DNA of 64,000 nucleotides, taken from positions 1 to 64,000 of the forward strand of contig MU053065.1 of assembly GCA_013239625.1 (NCBI GenBank). The letters run 5' to 3'. The position numbers and the translations under genes were made by a program. The stretch comes from Lama guanicoe. Its lineage: Eukaryota. The notes under the pieces were generated by a model. That model had not been told where the DNA came from and did no database searches. It saw only the letters and a list, made by a program, of their open reading frames with translations. Below are positions 13,215 through 25,680 of this stretch, piece after piece. How positions within the stretch are numbered: the stretch's first letter is position 1; each line of letters starts with the position of its first letter.

Positions 13215-14699
13215 AGCAATACTATTAACTGATCTTCATACGTTTTTCAAATGTCATCCATTGCCTCACTCATGTCCTTTTCCTGGACCAGAATCCACCC
13301 AGATCACATAACCTACCTAATGACCCTGCCTCTTCGGTCTCCTTTGATCAGGGACAGAGTACACGAGAGACTTTCAGTGAGAGGCAGCTCGGACAACAGT
13401 GGCCACTGCTTGAATTTCTTGCTCGTCTTTGAATTCACGTGGTTCTCAAACACCAGTGTTCATAAGCTTGTTTCACACGTTCACTCCGAGACAAACTGAA
13501 TCTGTCAGGTGTGGGTGCTGTATGGGTCTGTGCATTTTGATCAGCATAGTGGGGACTCCGATGAAGGTGGTGTGATGGGGACCACACTGAGCCACACGCC
13601 CAGGCGAGGTGGACATAGCCTCAGTTAACACTTGCTGTGTGATCTCTCCTTATACAAGGACAAGCTGCCTCTGGTTCTTAAAAACATCTTCCGGAGCATG
13701 ACATTGACTTGGCACATTTCCAGAGAGAGTGTGGCCCTGCTCCCACCCCTCCCCCTTTCACAGCACAAGTGCAGCCCAGCCACTCGCCCGTTCCGCACCT
13801 GAACTTGTCACCTGACATGCCCTTTCCTTTTCCACCTTTTCTGGGCAGCTCCAGGTTCGCTCTTTCTCAGAGCTTGCCACGAGGGGGCACCAGTGACTTC
13901 CAGCTCGTGCTGATGTAATAGCAGTGCTCGCCAAGGTTGCCAAATTAGCAAGCAATTAGCAAGAGTTTGAAGAAAGAGACAGAGGACGTCTCATCAGCCA
14001 GACCTCGCCACTTGTGGCCTCAAAGGTCTGGAGCTTCTGGCCTCTGATTGCATTAGGATGCATCCCAGAACAACTTACCCTGGGCTGTCTCTCTGCTGGC
14101 ACAAATTAAAGAGATTTAATTGCGGGGAACTGCGGGGTGTGTGGGCTTGGCTTTCTTTGCAGGTTTCTCTGCAGGTCTGGGTCGTCCTGAGCAGCAAGGA
14201 CACTGTGAATCAGGGAGCAGCTGTGTAGAGGCTGAAGCACAGAACTGCAGGCTTGACGCACGTTCCCCATCAGGTCCTGGTGGTCTTTGATTTACATCCT
14301 TTTCCCCAGGGTCCAGTGAACAGAAGTGACACTTCATGTGTTTCAAAGCCCACCCTCATCGTCTCTGGCCCTGTGCCCGCGGTGAGTTTACTGTCCAGAG
14401 TGCTGGTAAACAAAGGTTCAGCCGCCAGCCCTCCAAACAGGCGAACAAACACCTTTGAGTGTTTGCCGACTTCTGTGGGGGTAGGTCCTCCAATCACGGT
14501 CGACGTCCACTCTCAACGTGACGGCATCGAAAGCTGAGCTGGGCAGCGATGTGCAGAAGCCCAGCTGTGTGTAGTAGGTCCGCCACGTGAACACCACGGC
14601 TGCCACCTCAAGAGCATGGACCAGGGTGGACAGAGCAAAGTAGGATGAGGATGAGGGAACGGATGAGGTCTGAGTGTTTAATATCCTTGTTTAAAAAAA

Positions 14700-15600
14700 G
14701 TTTTTTGACTGTGGTAAAACACACAGTATAAAATCTACCAAGACCATTTTAAGTGTGTGATTCAGTATGTTCAGTATATTCACATTGCCGTGCTGTCCCC
14801 AGACCTGTTCTCATCTCATAAAACTCAGTCTCTACCCGTTAAATGACGTCTCCCCCTCCCTCCTTCCCACAGCCCCTGACAACCACCATTCTACTTCTTC
14901 CTATGAGTTGGCCTGCTTTAGGTCCTTTGTGTGAGTGGAATCATACAGTATTTGTCTTTGGTGGCTGGTTTGTTTCACGGAGCATAATGTCCTCAAGACT
15001 CATCCATAGTGTAGCAGCTGTCAGGATTTCCCTACTTTCTGAAGGCTGAATAGTATTTCATTGTATGTATATGACACATCTTCTTTATCCAGTCATCTGT
15101 CGGTGAACGCTTGGCAGTTTCCACCTCTTGGCTATTTGAATAATGCTGCTACAAATATGGGTGTACAGATACCTATTTTGTTTCTGATCTCAGAGGAAAA
15201 GTTTTCAGTCTTTCATCACTGAGTCTGATGTTAGCTGTAAGCTTGTCCTGTAGGCCTTTATTATGTTGAGATAGTTATCTCCTATTCCTATGTTTTTATC
15301 ATAAAAAGGTGTCAAATTTTGTCAAATGCTTTTTCTGTATCGAGACGATCCTGTGTTTTTTTTCCCCAGCATTCTGTTAATGTGGTGAAATATACTGATT
15401 GATTTTTGTGTGTTGAACCATCACTGCATTTCAGGAATAAACCCCACTTGGCCATAGTGTATAATTCTTTTAATGTGGTATTGAATTCTGCTTGCTAGTA
15501 TTTTGATGAGGATTTTGTATTAATATTCATCGGGGGGAGGGTATTAAAATTATTCATCAGAGATTTTTTTGTAATTTCTTTCCTTGTATTATTATCTTTG
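14700..15600 (-). mobile_element. Old L1M fragments (3'UTR and ORF2)
   Basis: cagcccctgacaaccaccattctactt...ggaatcatacagtatttgtcttt...; ctgatctcagaggaaaagttttcagtctttcatc...gttgaaccatcactgcatttcaggaataaaccccacttgg. Confidence 0.8.
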
Positions 15601-15644
15601 TTTTTATATAATTTATTTACTTGTAAGTTTATATAATTTACTTT

Positions 15645-15777
15645 AAAAAAATTTTTGAGGGGGGGAGGTAATTATGTTTTAAATTTTTTTTTAATTTAAT
15701 GGCAGTCCTGGGGATTGAACCGAGGACCTCGTGCATGCTAAGCATGCGCTCTACCACTGAGCTATACCCTGCCCTCC
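15645..15777 (-). mobile_element. tRNA-Ala(AGC)-derived SINE, near-intact head
   Basis: Reverse complement GGGTATAGCTCAGTGGTAGAGCGCATGCTTAGCATGCACGAGGTCCTCGGTTCAATCCCCAG plus SINE tail. Confidence 0.9.
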
Positions 15778-15787
15778 AATTTAGTTT

Positions 15788-16255
15788 TTTTGAAATATGT
15801 ATGTTTTTATTGACGTGTAGTCAGTTTATAATGTGTCAATTTCCGGTGTGCAGCACAGTACTCCAGTCATATAGGAACATACATATATTCGTTTCCATAT
15901 TCTTTTTCACCATTAGGTACTACAAGATATTGAATAGAGTTCTCTGTGCTACACAGATAAACTTGTTGTTCATTTTATATATACCAGTCAGTATCTGCAA
16001 ATGTCGAGCTCCCAGTTTGTCCCTTCGCACCCACTTCCCCTCCTGGTAACCATGAGTTTGTTTTCTATGTCTGTGCGTCTGTTTGTGTTTTGTAAATAAG
16101 TTCGTTTGTCTTTTTTTAGATTCCAGGTATAAGTGATATTATGTGATACTTTTCTTCCTCTTTCTGGCTTCCTTCACTTAGAATGACAATCTCCACCAAC
16201 AGGCGACTGGATAAAGAAGTTGTGGTATATTTATACAGTGGAATATTACTCGGCC
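15788..16255 (-). mobile_element. L1 3' end with a short inverted 5' segment (~16195-16255)
   Basis: Minus-strand L1 3'UTR up to gaatgacaatctcca, then plus-strand L1 sequence gactggataaagaagttgtggtatatttatacagtggaatattactcggcca. Confidence 0.85.
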
Positions 16256-16639
16256 AACTTACTTTTTAATGATGGCTGTTTAACAATCAGTTCGCAAAAT
16301 TCCTGAAAATTTGACGATTGATTTTCATGAGTTAGTGTGAGCTGGTTTCAGTGTATTGTTGTCTGGGCTTCATGTGTCTTTTCCTTTTGCAATGTGGACC
16401 ACAGTGCATTGGGAGGTTTGCTTAATTCCTCATAATAACAGGAAGAGCAAGAAATGAAGGCTACAGCTGTATGTCACCCTTTTCTGGCAAAAAAAATGAA
16501 ATAAACAGAACAAAACAAACAGAACAAATATTAAGCTGTGAGTTATTTTCCCAATCCCCACCTGACTGCATCATCTTGAAAAAATGAAATTTTGTCATTT
16601 TTAGGGGAAGGTGCTTTAATCTTTATCTTTTTTTTTTTT

Positions 16640-16810
16640 AACGTTGGCCTGAGTAAGTGCTGTGCACGCACATCTCATTTCAGTCTTCCAACAATGTGGG
16701 TGCTATTATTTTCCTCGTTTTAGAGACAAAGACACTGAAGTTGAGAGAGGCTACTCACGGGAAGCCGCACCGTTAGGGCTGCAGCCAGAACTTGAACCGG
16801 ATCTGCCTGG
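16640..16810 (-). mobile_element. MIR SINE
   Basis: atctcatttcagtcttccaacaa...tattattttcctcgttttagagacaaagacactgaag. Confidence 0.65.
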
Positions 16811-16899
16811 GCTTCCCCTGTCACCTGACCACACGCTGGCGTGTGCTGGGACACACGCCGCCCCGTCTGGTCCTGGGCTGCTGATACGTAACTGTGCGC

Positions 16900-17545
16900 C
16901 TTGTCTTCCAATGCAGAGTCTTGAGTTCTGTCTGGGAATTATTTGGAAATGACTTGGTTCGTGTGAGGTTAGCTTTTAAGATTTATCAGGCAGGGCCAGA
17001 GCAGCCTTAATGTGCCCTTCTCTGGTGGCAGTTCCCTCCTGAGGGCTCTGCCTGATGCTGTGTGAATGTGAGGGTTCCCACTCAGTGGCCAGTGGGAAGA
17101 AATCTGTTTCCAGCTCTGAGCAACCTTTAAGAGTCGTTCCCTTTGGATTTTTCTGGTGGTTTTCCCTCATCTTTGTGCAGTTTCTTCAGACATATGTTAC
17201 TGTTCAGTTTCCAACTAGTCCAAAGGGGACCTCTGCAAATCTCGAGTTCGCCTCCCCTTCAGCACTCTGCGAGCTGGTCCTGCCCTTGGCTGGGACTCCC
17301 AGCCCCCACCTCAGCTCTGAGACGCTAGCCGCCTCCTCCCCTCCGCGGCGCATCCTCGGGACCCCTCCCGGGGACACGCAGGGGGGCTCCCCTCACCTGC
17401 TTGCTCTCTCTCGGGGCTCCCTGTCCTGCACTGCCCATAGCTAACATCTCAAACCCAGTGACTTATGTCTTTTGTTCAGATTTTCTATCAGGTGAGAGGA
17501 TATACCTGATCTTTGTTACTTCATCTTGGCCAGACTTGAAAGTCC
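16900..17545 (-). mobile_element. Probable ancient L1M 5' region
   Basis: Ends gttacttcatcttggccagacttgaaagtc, the reverse complement of a typical L1M start gacttcc...tggccaagatggagtaac. Confidence 0.45.
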
Positions 17546-18263
17546 ATATTCAGAGCTTTTAAGCCTAAGTTTTAAAAATCTTTAACGATTTGACTTAGGA
17601 GTAAACACCAATTTTATAACGTGTCTTTCTATATTCCTGATGAATAAGTGAATTTTTGTACAAATTAAAGTTAATTAAATTGGTTTACAACCAGCTTTAT
17701 GACTTCACTCTAATTTTATCATGTTATAAAAATACCAGTTTATACACGACTATGTGTGTGTGTGTGTGATTTAAATTCTCTGAATGTCCTACCTTGGTTT
17801 GGTGAATCTAGTACTTTATGCTTTCTTTTTTTTAAGATCACACAAAGTAAGATTGGTTTCAGTAAATGAGATTTAATAATTACGTCTCTGTTTTTTGCCT
17901 TTGTCAAATTCAGGCCCCACATTCAGTACAATCAAACGGTTAGGATGCCACAGAGGCCTAAGCTGTCACGGGTTCCCAATCGGCCACAAGCAGCACAAGG
18001 GTTATCGCTTCTGCCTGTAAGAGGGCAGTTTTGAAACCTTCTTCCACCTTCCAGTCTCATAAAGTGAGGGGGAACGTTTCTTTCTAGAAGTGAAGCCTTC
18101 TCGGTTTTTACAGCCCTTGGCTTTGAGCCCACCGCCTCGCACCTGTGGTTTGCGTTACTTAGTCACGGATGCAGGGCTTTGCACCTGTCCTCACCGAAGC
18201 CAACCTGTTACTTAAAAATGTGGCCTTTAACTGCCTATGTGGACAGAAGAGTTAAAATAGTTT

Positions 18264-18360
18264 GGGGGGTGGTAATAGCTCAGTGGTGGAGCACATGCTT
18301 AGCATGCATGAGGTCCTGGCTTCACTCCCCAGTAACTCTAAACAAACAAACAAACAAATA
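18264..18360 (+). mobile_element. tRNA-Ala-derived SINE with (CAAA)n tail
   Basis: atagctcagtggtggagcacatgcttagcatgcatgaggtcctgg. Confidence 0.88.
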
Positions 18361-18399
18361 GATTGGAGACACACCCCACCTGGGGCAGGTTGCTTCCTC

Positions 18400-19160
18400 C
18401 CTCCAGGTCTGATTTCTCCGCTGTAAGCTGGGGAACAGGAGGATGTGCCACTTACACGGGAGCACAGAGTCCACAGGAGCATGGCCTGAACAACCACACC
18501 CAGTGGCCTTGGTTAGGACAACTATGCGAGGCAAAGCAAGCAAAGCGCCTAGAGCAGCGCCGGCACTTAGCAAGTGCTCGGGAAACGCGAGCTGGTGCTA
18601 GAGGCTGGAGGAGAGAACGTGACGAGGAAGGTGGCCCATCAGAGTCTTTGTAAACCATGTGGGGAAGCTTGGACTTCACCCCATGGCATCCTGTAAGTAT
18701 AGTCGGATTTGAGTCTTAGGAAGACGCTCCACCAGCAGAGCGAGATGGGGAAAGGTTGAGCATTAAGGCTGGAAGCAGGGAGGGCCGTCAGGGGACCGTA
18801 GCTGTGTCTAGAAGAGAGAGTGGCCTGGACCGATTCAGCAGCAGAGATGGAAAGCAGGACACTGACTGAGCACACGTAGTGAGTGAAAAAACCATTCATA
18901 CCATTTTTTGCCTGATGGGTGTGGGAGGTTAGGTAGAAGAGAAAAATAAGAATGACTCAGGTTTCTGGCTCAGTAAGATATGCAAACAGTGGTGCCATTT
19001 ATTAAGACAGAGAACACCGGGGGGGAACAGACCTACCTGTGTGGGTTTCAAGGTCGTGGAGGAAAAGGAAAGATGACCTTGGTGTGGAACGTGTCGAGGT
19101 TCCGTGTACTGAAGACATCCCAGTGGACGTGATCAATGAACACAGTTGCGTGTGGCATTG
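18400..19160 (-). mobile_element. L2 LINE fragment
   Basis: ctttgtaaaccatgtggggaagcttggacttcacc...aagaatgactcaggtttctggc...gtggtgccatttattaagacagagaacac. Confidence 0.65.
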
Positions 19161-19165
19161 GAACA

Positions 19166-19360
19166 GCACTGTCCAGGGGAGCTTTCTGCAGTGATGTCAG
19201 TGTCCTTTATGTCCAATATGGTGGCCGCTACACCACGTGGCTTCTGAGCATTTGAAATGTGGCTAGCATGACTAAGGAGCTGGCTCTTTAATTTAATTTT
19301 GATGAATTTACATGTAAGTAATCAATCATGTGGTTAGTAGCTTGAATAACCGAACAGCCC
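19166..19360 (+). mobile_element. MER3-like hAT DNA transposon
   Basis: cactgtccag...ctttctgcagtgatg...gtccaatatggtggcc...gagcatttgaaatgtggctagc. Confidence 0.75.
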
Positions 19361-20021
19361 AGACTTGGAGTTTAGAGTCAAGAGTGCAAATGATAAAAAA
19401 CAAAGTTTGGCTTAAGGCAACCAGAGTAGTCTGAGGGGAATTAAGGGAACTCCTCTGGGTTTTATGATGGCTACCTTGGAAGTAAAACTGGTCTTAGAGA
19501 ATCCCTAGTTTGATCATAACAGCATATTAGTTTCATCATATTCAGCCTGTTGTGAATGTGTCATTTAGCTAACTTCTAAGCACAGTCAGTACCTTAAATT
19601 CATTCACTGTAAACGTACAAATTCCTCCTCCAATCGTAAATATCTGCCCAGAGTCAAAGGTGCGTGTGGATGCATGGGGCGGAGGGGCTGTCTTGCTTCT
19701 AGAATTGCAGTATTTGGTGAACAAAACCACTGATCACTCTAGGCACATCCCTTGAAATGACTTCAGTCACACCCCGTCTCATCTTTCCAGACCAGAGACC
19801 AAGTGTTTTCAGTCTATCCACATATCTCCATGATCATTCTGGATGCTTTTTCTGGAAACCAAATAATTTTTTTCTGCAAATAGACAAACCAGAATTTTAA
19901 AAAAAAATTCCAGCTACTTGTAACAATGGCTTGATATAAGGGTAAATATATTTTTTCGTTTGTACTTTTCTTTTTTACTAACGTTTTTGGTTAGCTATTT
20001 GGAGGCACAGAAATACCACAG

Positions 20022-20611
20022 TGTGGCACGTTGAATGGTAGCCTCAAAACTAAGTGCCAGGTGGGCAGGGCACAGCTCAGTGGCAGACGCGAGCTTAGCA
20101 TGCATGAGGTCTCGGGGTCAGTCCCCGGTGCCACCATTAAAGAATAAACAAACCTAACTACCTCCCCTCCTCAGTAAGTCAAGTCCTAACCCCCAGAATT
20201 TGTGAACATCCCCATGCATGGCAAAAAATGTGGTTCAGTCACGGATCTCGAAGGGTTTGTCGTGGACTTTCTGGGCAGGCCTTAGATGCAATCCTATGCA
20301 TCCTTGTCTGAGAAAGGCAGAGGGGGTTTTCAGACACACTCAGTGGAGAGGGCAACGTGAAGACAGAGGCAGCTTGGAGTGACACCACCGTACACCAAGG
20401 ACAGCCGTGCAGCCCGCAGAAGCCGGAAAAAGTAAGAAACAGACTCTCCCCTAGAGCCAGCGAGGGGAGCGCGCGCCTGCTGACACCTTGATTTCAGCTC
20501 AGGGAGACTTACTTTGGGCTTCTCGCCTTCCAGAACTCTGAGAATAAACTTCTGTTGCTTTAAGCAGTCATTTGTGATAGTTTATTACTGCAGCCACTGG
20601 AAACCAACGCA
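20022..20611 (+). mobile_element. MLT1-type MaLR solo LTR (interrupted by a SINE)
   Basis: tgtggcacgttgaatgg...ctgacaccttgatttcagc...ccagaactctgagaataaacttctgttgctttaagc...gcagccactggaaaccaacgca. Confidence 0.8.
20061..20172 (+). mobile_element. tRNA-Ala-derived SINE nested in MLT1
   Basis: cagctcagtggcagacgcgagcttagcatgcatgaggtc...aaacctaactacctcccc. Confidence 0.85.
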
Positions 20612-21214
20612 CGTGGTTGGAAACGAAGCCTCAAGGAAAGACCAAGGTTCTGCAACACCAACGATGGTCCTGAGCACAAGCCCCTTTGTGTTTCCTTTAA
20701 CTACAAGAGCAGGGCAGATCGTTCTAAGACGGCATTTTCTTTCAACATAGTTTTACGCTTGCCTGTATGAAAACTTTTTTTCCCCACTTTTATACCTAAT
20801 TTGTTCAGAATATACCCTGGTGAGAAAACGCTGGAACTATCATCTGTATTCCACAGATAGTTTCCAAAGCTGGATAAATGTTACGTTTCTTTTTTTAAGT
20901 CTCCATTAGATTTTTAAGATAAATCCATTAGACATTTTATCTAATGTTAATTCTAATGTTAACCTCATGTTTACCAGTGCTCAGCTTTTTTGCTCAGTGC
21001 ACGTTCTCCTGGAACGCCAGCTGCGCGACGGCAGGGACTTGGACCACTGCTGAGATCCCAACACCATCATGACCGACTGCCTGGCATAGTCTTTGTTGAA
21101 CCAGTGTGCTCTTTGCCTATTGCTCCTCTTTGCTATTGTTTTCAAACTTTAAAAAAAAAAAAGTAGAATCCTTATGTTGAAGGAATTCATACAGAACATC
21201 AATATATGGCTGAC

Positions 21215-21348
21215 TTTTGTTTTTGGTTTTTTTGGGGGGAGGGTGGTAATTAGGTTTGTTTATTTATTTTTAATGGAGGTGCTGGGGGTTGAACTCAGGA
21301 CCTCGGCATGCTAAGCACACACTCTATCACTGAGCTGTCCCCTCCCCC
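21215..21348 (-). mobile_element. tRNA-Ala-derived SINE
   Basis: SINE body; flanking direct repeat caatatatg. Confidence 0.87.
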
Positions 21349-21767
21349 TAGAATGCCAATATATGAAAGCAGGTCTGTTCCATGTATGAGCAAGTGTGAA
21401 GTCCTGCTCGCCTGTAACATATTGCGTATTAGTACTGTAGCGTATTTTACACTGCCATAATATGCTTGAAAAACACCCACTAAAGTTGGAAAATACTGTT
21501 CATATAGTCTTTCTGGAAAAATGAAGTTTATATCTAGGGTAAAAAGTCACGGTTTGGGAGATTTTTTTGGCTCCTGCACATGAAATGGACCAGAGTAACA
21601 GAAGTAACAAAACCGATTTCTTTGGGAACACAACCAGAACAAAAGTTATTAAGAAGTTAGAATAGAAACCTGCTTCCAGGGTTATCCAAAAAGCAGGGAC
21701 AGGCAGACAGCAGTAGCTTTGGGATCCAGCAGATGAGTTCAAACTCTAGTTTGAACTCTAGTCCAGA

Positions 21768-22365
21768 ACTCTAACATGAAAAGATACATGCACCCCAGTG
21801 TTCATAGCAGCACTATTTACAATAGCCAAGACATAGAAGCAACCTAAATGTCCATCAGTAGATGACTGGATAAAGAAGCGGTGGTATATTTATACAATGG
21901 AATACTATTCATCCATAAAAAAGAATAAAATAATGCCATTTGCAGCAATAGATGGACCTGGAGATTGTCATTCTAAGTGAAGTGAGAAAGAAAGAATACC
22001 ATATTATATCACTTACATGTGGAATCAAAAAAAAAGAAAGAAAAAGAAGACACTATTGAACTCATCTACAAAACAGAAACAGACTCAGACATAGTAAACA
22101 AACTTATGGTTACTGGCAGGAAAGGGGGTGGGAAGGGATAAACTGGGAGTTTGAGATTTCCAAATATTAATAACTCCATATAAAATAGATGAAAAAACAA
22201 ATTTCTTCCGTATAGCACAGGGAACTATATTCAACATCTTGTGGTAACCTATAATGAAAAAGAATATGGAAATGAATATATGTATGTACATGCATGACTG
22301 GGACACTGCTGTACACCAGACACTGACACATTGTAACTGACTGTACTTCAGTTAAGAAAATAAAA
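21768..22365 (+). mobile_element. L1 3' end fragment (same family as 1690-3030)
   Basis: gaaaagatacatgcaccccagtgttcatagcagcactatttacaatagcc...ctgtacttcagttaagaaaataaaa. Confidence 0.92.
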
Positions 22366-23159
22366 GTCCTGGTCTGTCCATCACTGGAGAACCTCCAGTG
22401 AATCTCACTTAGAACACGGTCACATCACGACCCTACCACCTGCTCTAACGGGTTACTCTGAGGACACACTCAGGGAGCGGGGGTCAGTAACTAGACTAGA
22501 TGTCAAAGTTCCCTTGGTGACTTGCTTCTCCCTTTCCCTAAGATGTATGCTTAAATTCCTCTTTTAAGTCCTTCACTTCAGGCTACTACAACATTGGTAG
22601 CGGAATATATGCAAATACGGCAAGATATTTAGAGGCCAAAGACTCAGTTTTGTGTGAATTTCCTTAAAGAGCGAATGATACCAGTTGGTACGGTCTCTGC
22701 ATCCTGTGGCTGGTGGTCAAGTAGGAGTGCTGACCACCCACCACCACCTGCTCCTTCTCTAGGCCGAGCAGCACGAGACTCGGCTCAAAGTCCCACCTGG
22801 GTGGGCTCGGGGAGGACTCAGTTCCTTTTCCCATCACTTGTGAGCGTCCTGCTGGGAAGGAGGGAAACTGGGCAGCCCTGGCCTTGTTCCATCTGCTAGG
22901 TTTCACGTAGAAATTTTTATCCAAATCCGAATTACTCTTCAATACATTTAAACCAGCAGCTTGAATTTTAATCACACTGCTTAGCCACGAGAACCTTGCA
23001 AGGCAGCTTTTGTCATTTCTCCTGACAGCATGCAGCACAGAACACAAAGCAGCTACCCGAAGTGGAGATCCATCCCTCTGAGACAGGCGTGAAGGCCTCT
23101 CACCCCCCATCAGTGGCAGCTGAACTGATTACATCAAGATGTGAAACCACTCTCTCGGT

Positions 23160-24130
23160 GATCCTGTCCATCAAGTCCTGGTCTCCAGCCCAGGCCTCTC
23201 CCACCGCCTACTGGACAGCTGACTGGATGTCTAATGGACAACTCAAACTGTCCCGGATCGAGCTTCTCCCAAACCCCACCCCGCCCACAATGCTTTCCAG
23301 CTGGGGCCAGTTATTCAGGCCAAATACTTTGGAGTTTTCATTTAATCTCCCTCCTCTCATGTACCTCAGTCTGTCCAGTGAGCAAATTTTACTGAGTTGA
23401 CCTTTGAAATAAAACCAGAATCCATTATCTTATAGTAACTTATGGTGAAAAAGAATATGAAAACAAACATACGTATGTTCATGTATGACTGAAGCATTGT
23501 GCTGTACACAGAAACTGGCATTGTAAACTGACTGTACTTCAATAAAACATGTATATACCAAAACAAAAACCCCAAAACCTAGAATCCAACTACTTCTCAC
23601 CACTGTCCTTGTCACTGCCATCTCTCACTTGGACGATTGCAATCTGCTTCCTAACTGGGCTCCCCTTTTAGTCGATTCTGAACCCCAAAGCCAGAGTGAC
23701 CCTGTTCTGATCGCATCACTCCTCTGCTCCGAAATCCTCTTGAGGGGAGGAGAAGCCAGAGTCCTTAAAGTCACCTACCAGAGCCCTTCGAGGGGGCCCC
23801 CACTGCCCTCTGAGCTGCCTGCTCTCCTCTCCTGCCTGTGCCCCAGCCGCACCGCAGCTCCTCCCGCAGACCAGGCACCCGCTTCCCCTCCCAGGTACTA
23901 GTGTGCACCTCTCCGCCACGCCCCCGGCTCTGTGCGGGCCCCTCCCTGCCCGACCCGCTGGACACAACTCCCACCCCATCCTGGTGCTGCTTCTCCCCCT
24001 CCCTTGCTATACTCCCTGCCCCCCGGCCCCAATACTCCACACAACACAATTTAAATTTTACTTACTCATTTTGTTTTTATCACCCAGTGAGACTAAATTC
24101 CAGGAGGGTAGGAATTTTTTTCACTGTTGT
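23160..24130 (+). mobile_element. L2 LINE fragment (interrupted by a short L1)
   Basis: ctggatgtctaatggacaactcaaact...ccatctctcacttggacgattgcaatctgcttcctaactgg. Confidence 0.6.
23425..23573 (+). mobile_element. Short L1 3' end inserted in L2
   Basis: L1 3'UTR; TSD aaaacc(t)agaatcca at 23411-23424 and 23574-23588. Confidence 0.85.
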
Positions 24131-24329
24131 AGGAGCCAAAAGACCCCCAAGCGCAGGAAGTAATTGTGCAGTAAACACTGGTTGTAAAGGTGGACATCAA
24201 TTCCGTTCCCCTGTCCCACCCCCCCCAAAACACCCCCCCCCACCCCCGCCTTACTGATGATTTTAATGAAAGTCACTCCAAAGTTCTTGGACTGAAAATA
24301 AAAGCAAAAGACCACTACACATTAGTTTG

Positions 24330-25607
24330 TCAACATGTAATGCCCTGGGTTTATTTTGTGAGAACTCTATCACAATTTTTCCAGGTGGGATTAAAAACCT
24401 TAAGGATAACGTATGCCAACGGCCTGGGCATTCAGACTTCGGTGCTGGCGAAGCTCTGGTAGTAGTCTGTTAAGTACCACTCTCTTCACAGAAGAGAAGT
24501 CATGTATTTCCAAAGGAAGGCACCCGATAGTTGTGGTTCTGGCCTTGCAGCCTTCTGGAGAATCTTAAAAGGAAAAAAGCTGGCTGGCTGTTTTTAGAAA
24601 CTGGAATGATGATACACGTACAGCAATTACTGCGTTCTTCTCCCTTATATCCTTTTCCTAAGAACAAGGAAAGAATGAAGTCTTTTAAACAACTCGACAA
24701 TAAAAAGTACAATTTTCCTCTTGTGCTAAAAAAAGGGCAAGACAACATAAACTCCAGTTGTAAGGACTCCGTCTGCAGCCCTGACTGAACGCGTTCCGGC
24801 GTGGGAGGAAAGGGGCTGCGGGCCGTGTGCAGAGCAGCGACGTAACGTTAGTGCTGTGAGTACCGGAGGGGCCCGCGGCGCTGCGGGCAGGCGGGGACGG
24901 GAAGGGTCAAGAGACTTCATTTTTAGCTTGTTACTTGGCCTAATGATGTCAGACCAGGAAGATCCCCATTTAACAGTACATTCCCCGTTTTTTAAAAAAT
25001 TGATGCCTTTTTTTTTTTGTAAAATTCTGTATGTATGTCACCATTTTTTTCACATGATACACAGAAAACTCATGGACCCAGAGGGGAACCAGGTTATGTT
25101 CTACCATTTACAAAACACCAAGGAGTCCACAGCTACCTAACACATTTACTACAGCACAGGAACCAGTGAAGGTACAGTGTACAAAACTGTAAACACGGCA
25201 CAATAAATAGATAAAACAGCAGGCTCCACACCATGCGCGTGTGATGAGACTGCATCTCGACACAACCTCACATCTCACACTCTTTGTTGCAATTTATCTC
25301 CCGCCCACCCCCACCCCCAGTGCAAAGCATCACAAATGAACACTTCCGTATTCAAGGAACATATATACAAGGGTATTACAAATAGCAGTACTGTACAGAT
25401 AATTGCTGTATTCTTAATTTACAGGTGTTGATTTTTTTTTTCCTATTAACAGTAAGAAAAGAAAAACAAGCGTGAGAGATGAGCACTGCTGTCAACTCCT
25501 CACAGCTGCCACGGAAACGCACGAGCTGCATTCCATCATCCCCTGCATCCAACGCGACGATGCATAGCACCTAACCACGTCCGCGGGTGGCGGCCCCTCC
25601 GGGGCGG
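24330..25607 (-). other. EPC1: EPC1 3'UTR (~1.3 kb)
   Basis: Repeat-free sequence, U-rich on the minus strand, between the stop codon and an AATAAA. The end coordinate is approximate. Confidence 0.7.
24350..24355 (-). terminator. Polyadenylation signal AATAAA of EPC1
   Basis: Plus-strand tttatt, followed on the minus strand by GU/U-rich sequence (tgtgtagtggtcttttgctttt). Confidence 0.7.
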
Positions 25608-25680
25608 CTACGTCACCTCCATCGCTACTGTGTTGTCTGCGATGTTGTTCAGGGCTGGCTTTTCCGATTCGTGATTTTCC
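25608..25680 (-). CDS. EPC1: EPC1 last coding exon (73 coding nt): ENHESEKPALNNIADNTVAMEVT*
   Basis: ccacag|GGAAAAT ... GTGACGTAG; C-terminal AMEVT motif of EPC proteins. Confidence 0.96.

Noticed and set aside
15700..15770. Near-perfect tRNA-Ala(AGC) sequence (also at ~1471, 18270, 36455, 50830, 57305)
   Set aside because: Each copy carries the same SINE tail, and most have target-site duplications and acceptor-stem mismatches. They are SINEs, not tRNA genes.
21738..21775. Three short repeats of aactcta(gt) before an L1
   Set aside because: Tiny local duplication with no spacer structure; not CRISPR-like, and the context is eukaryotic.
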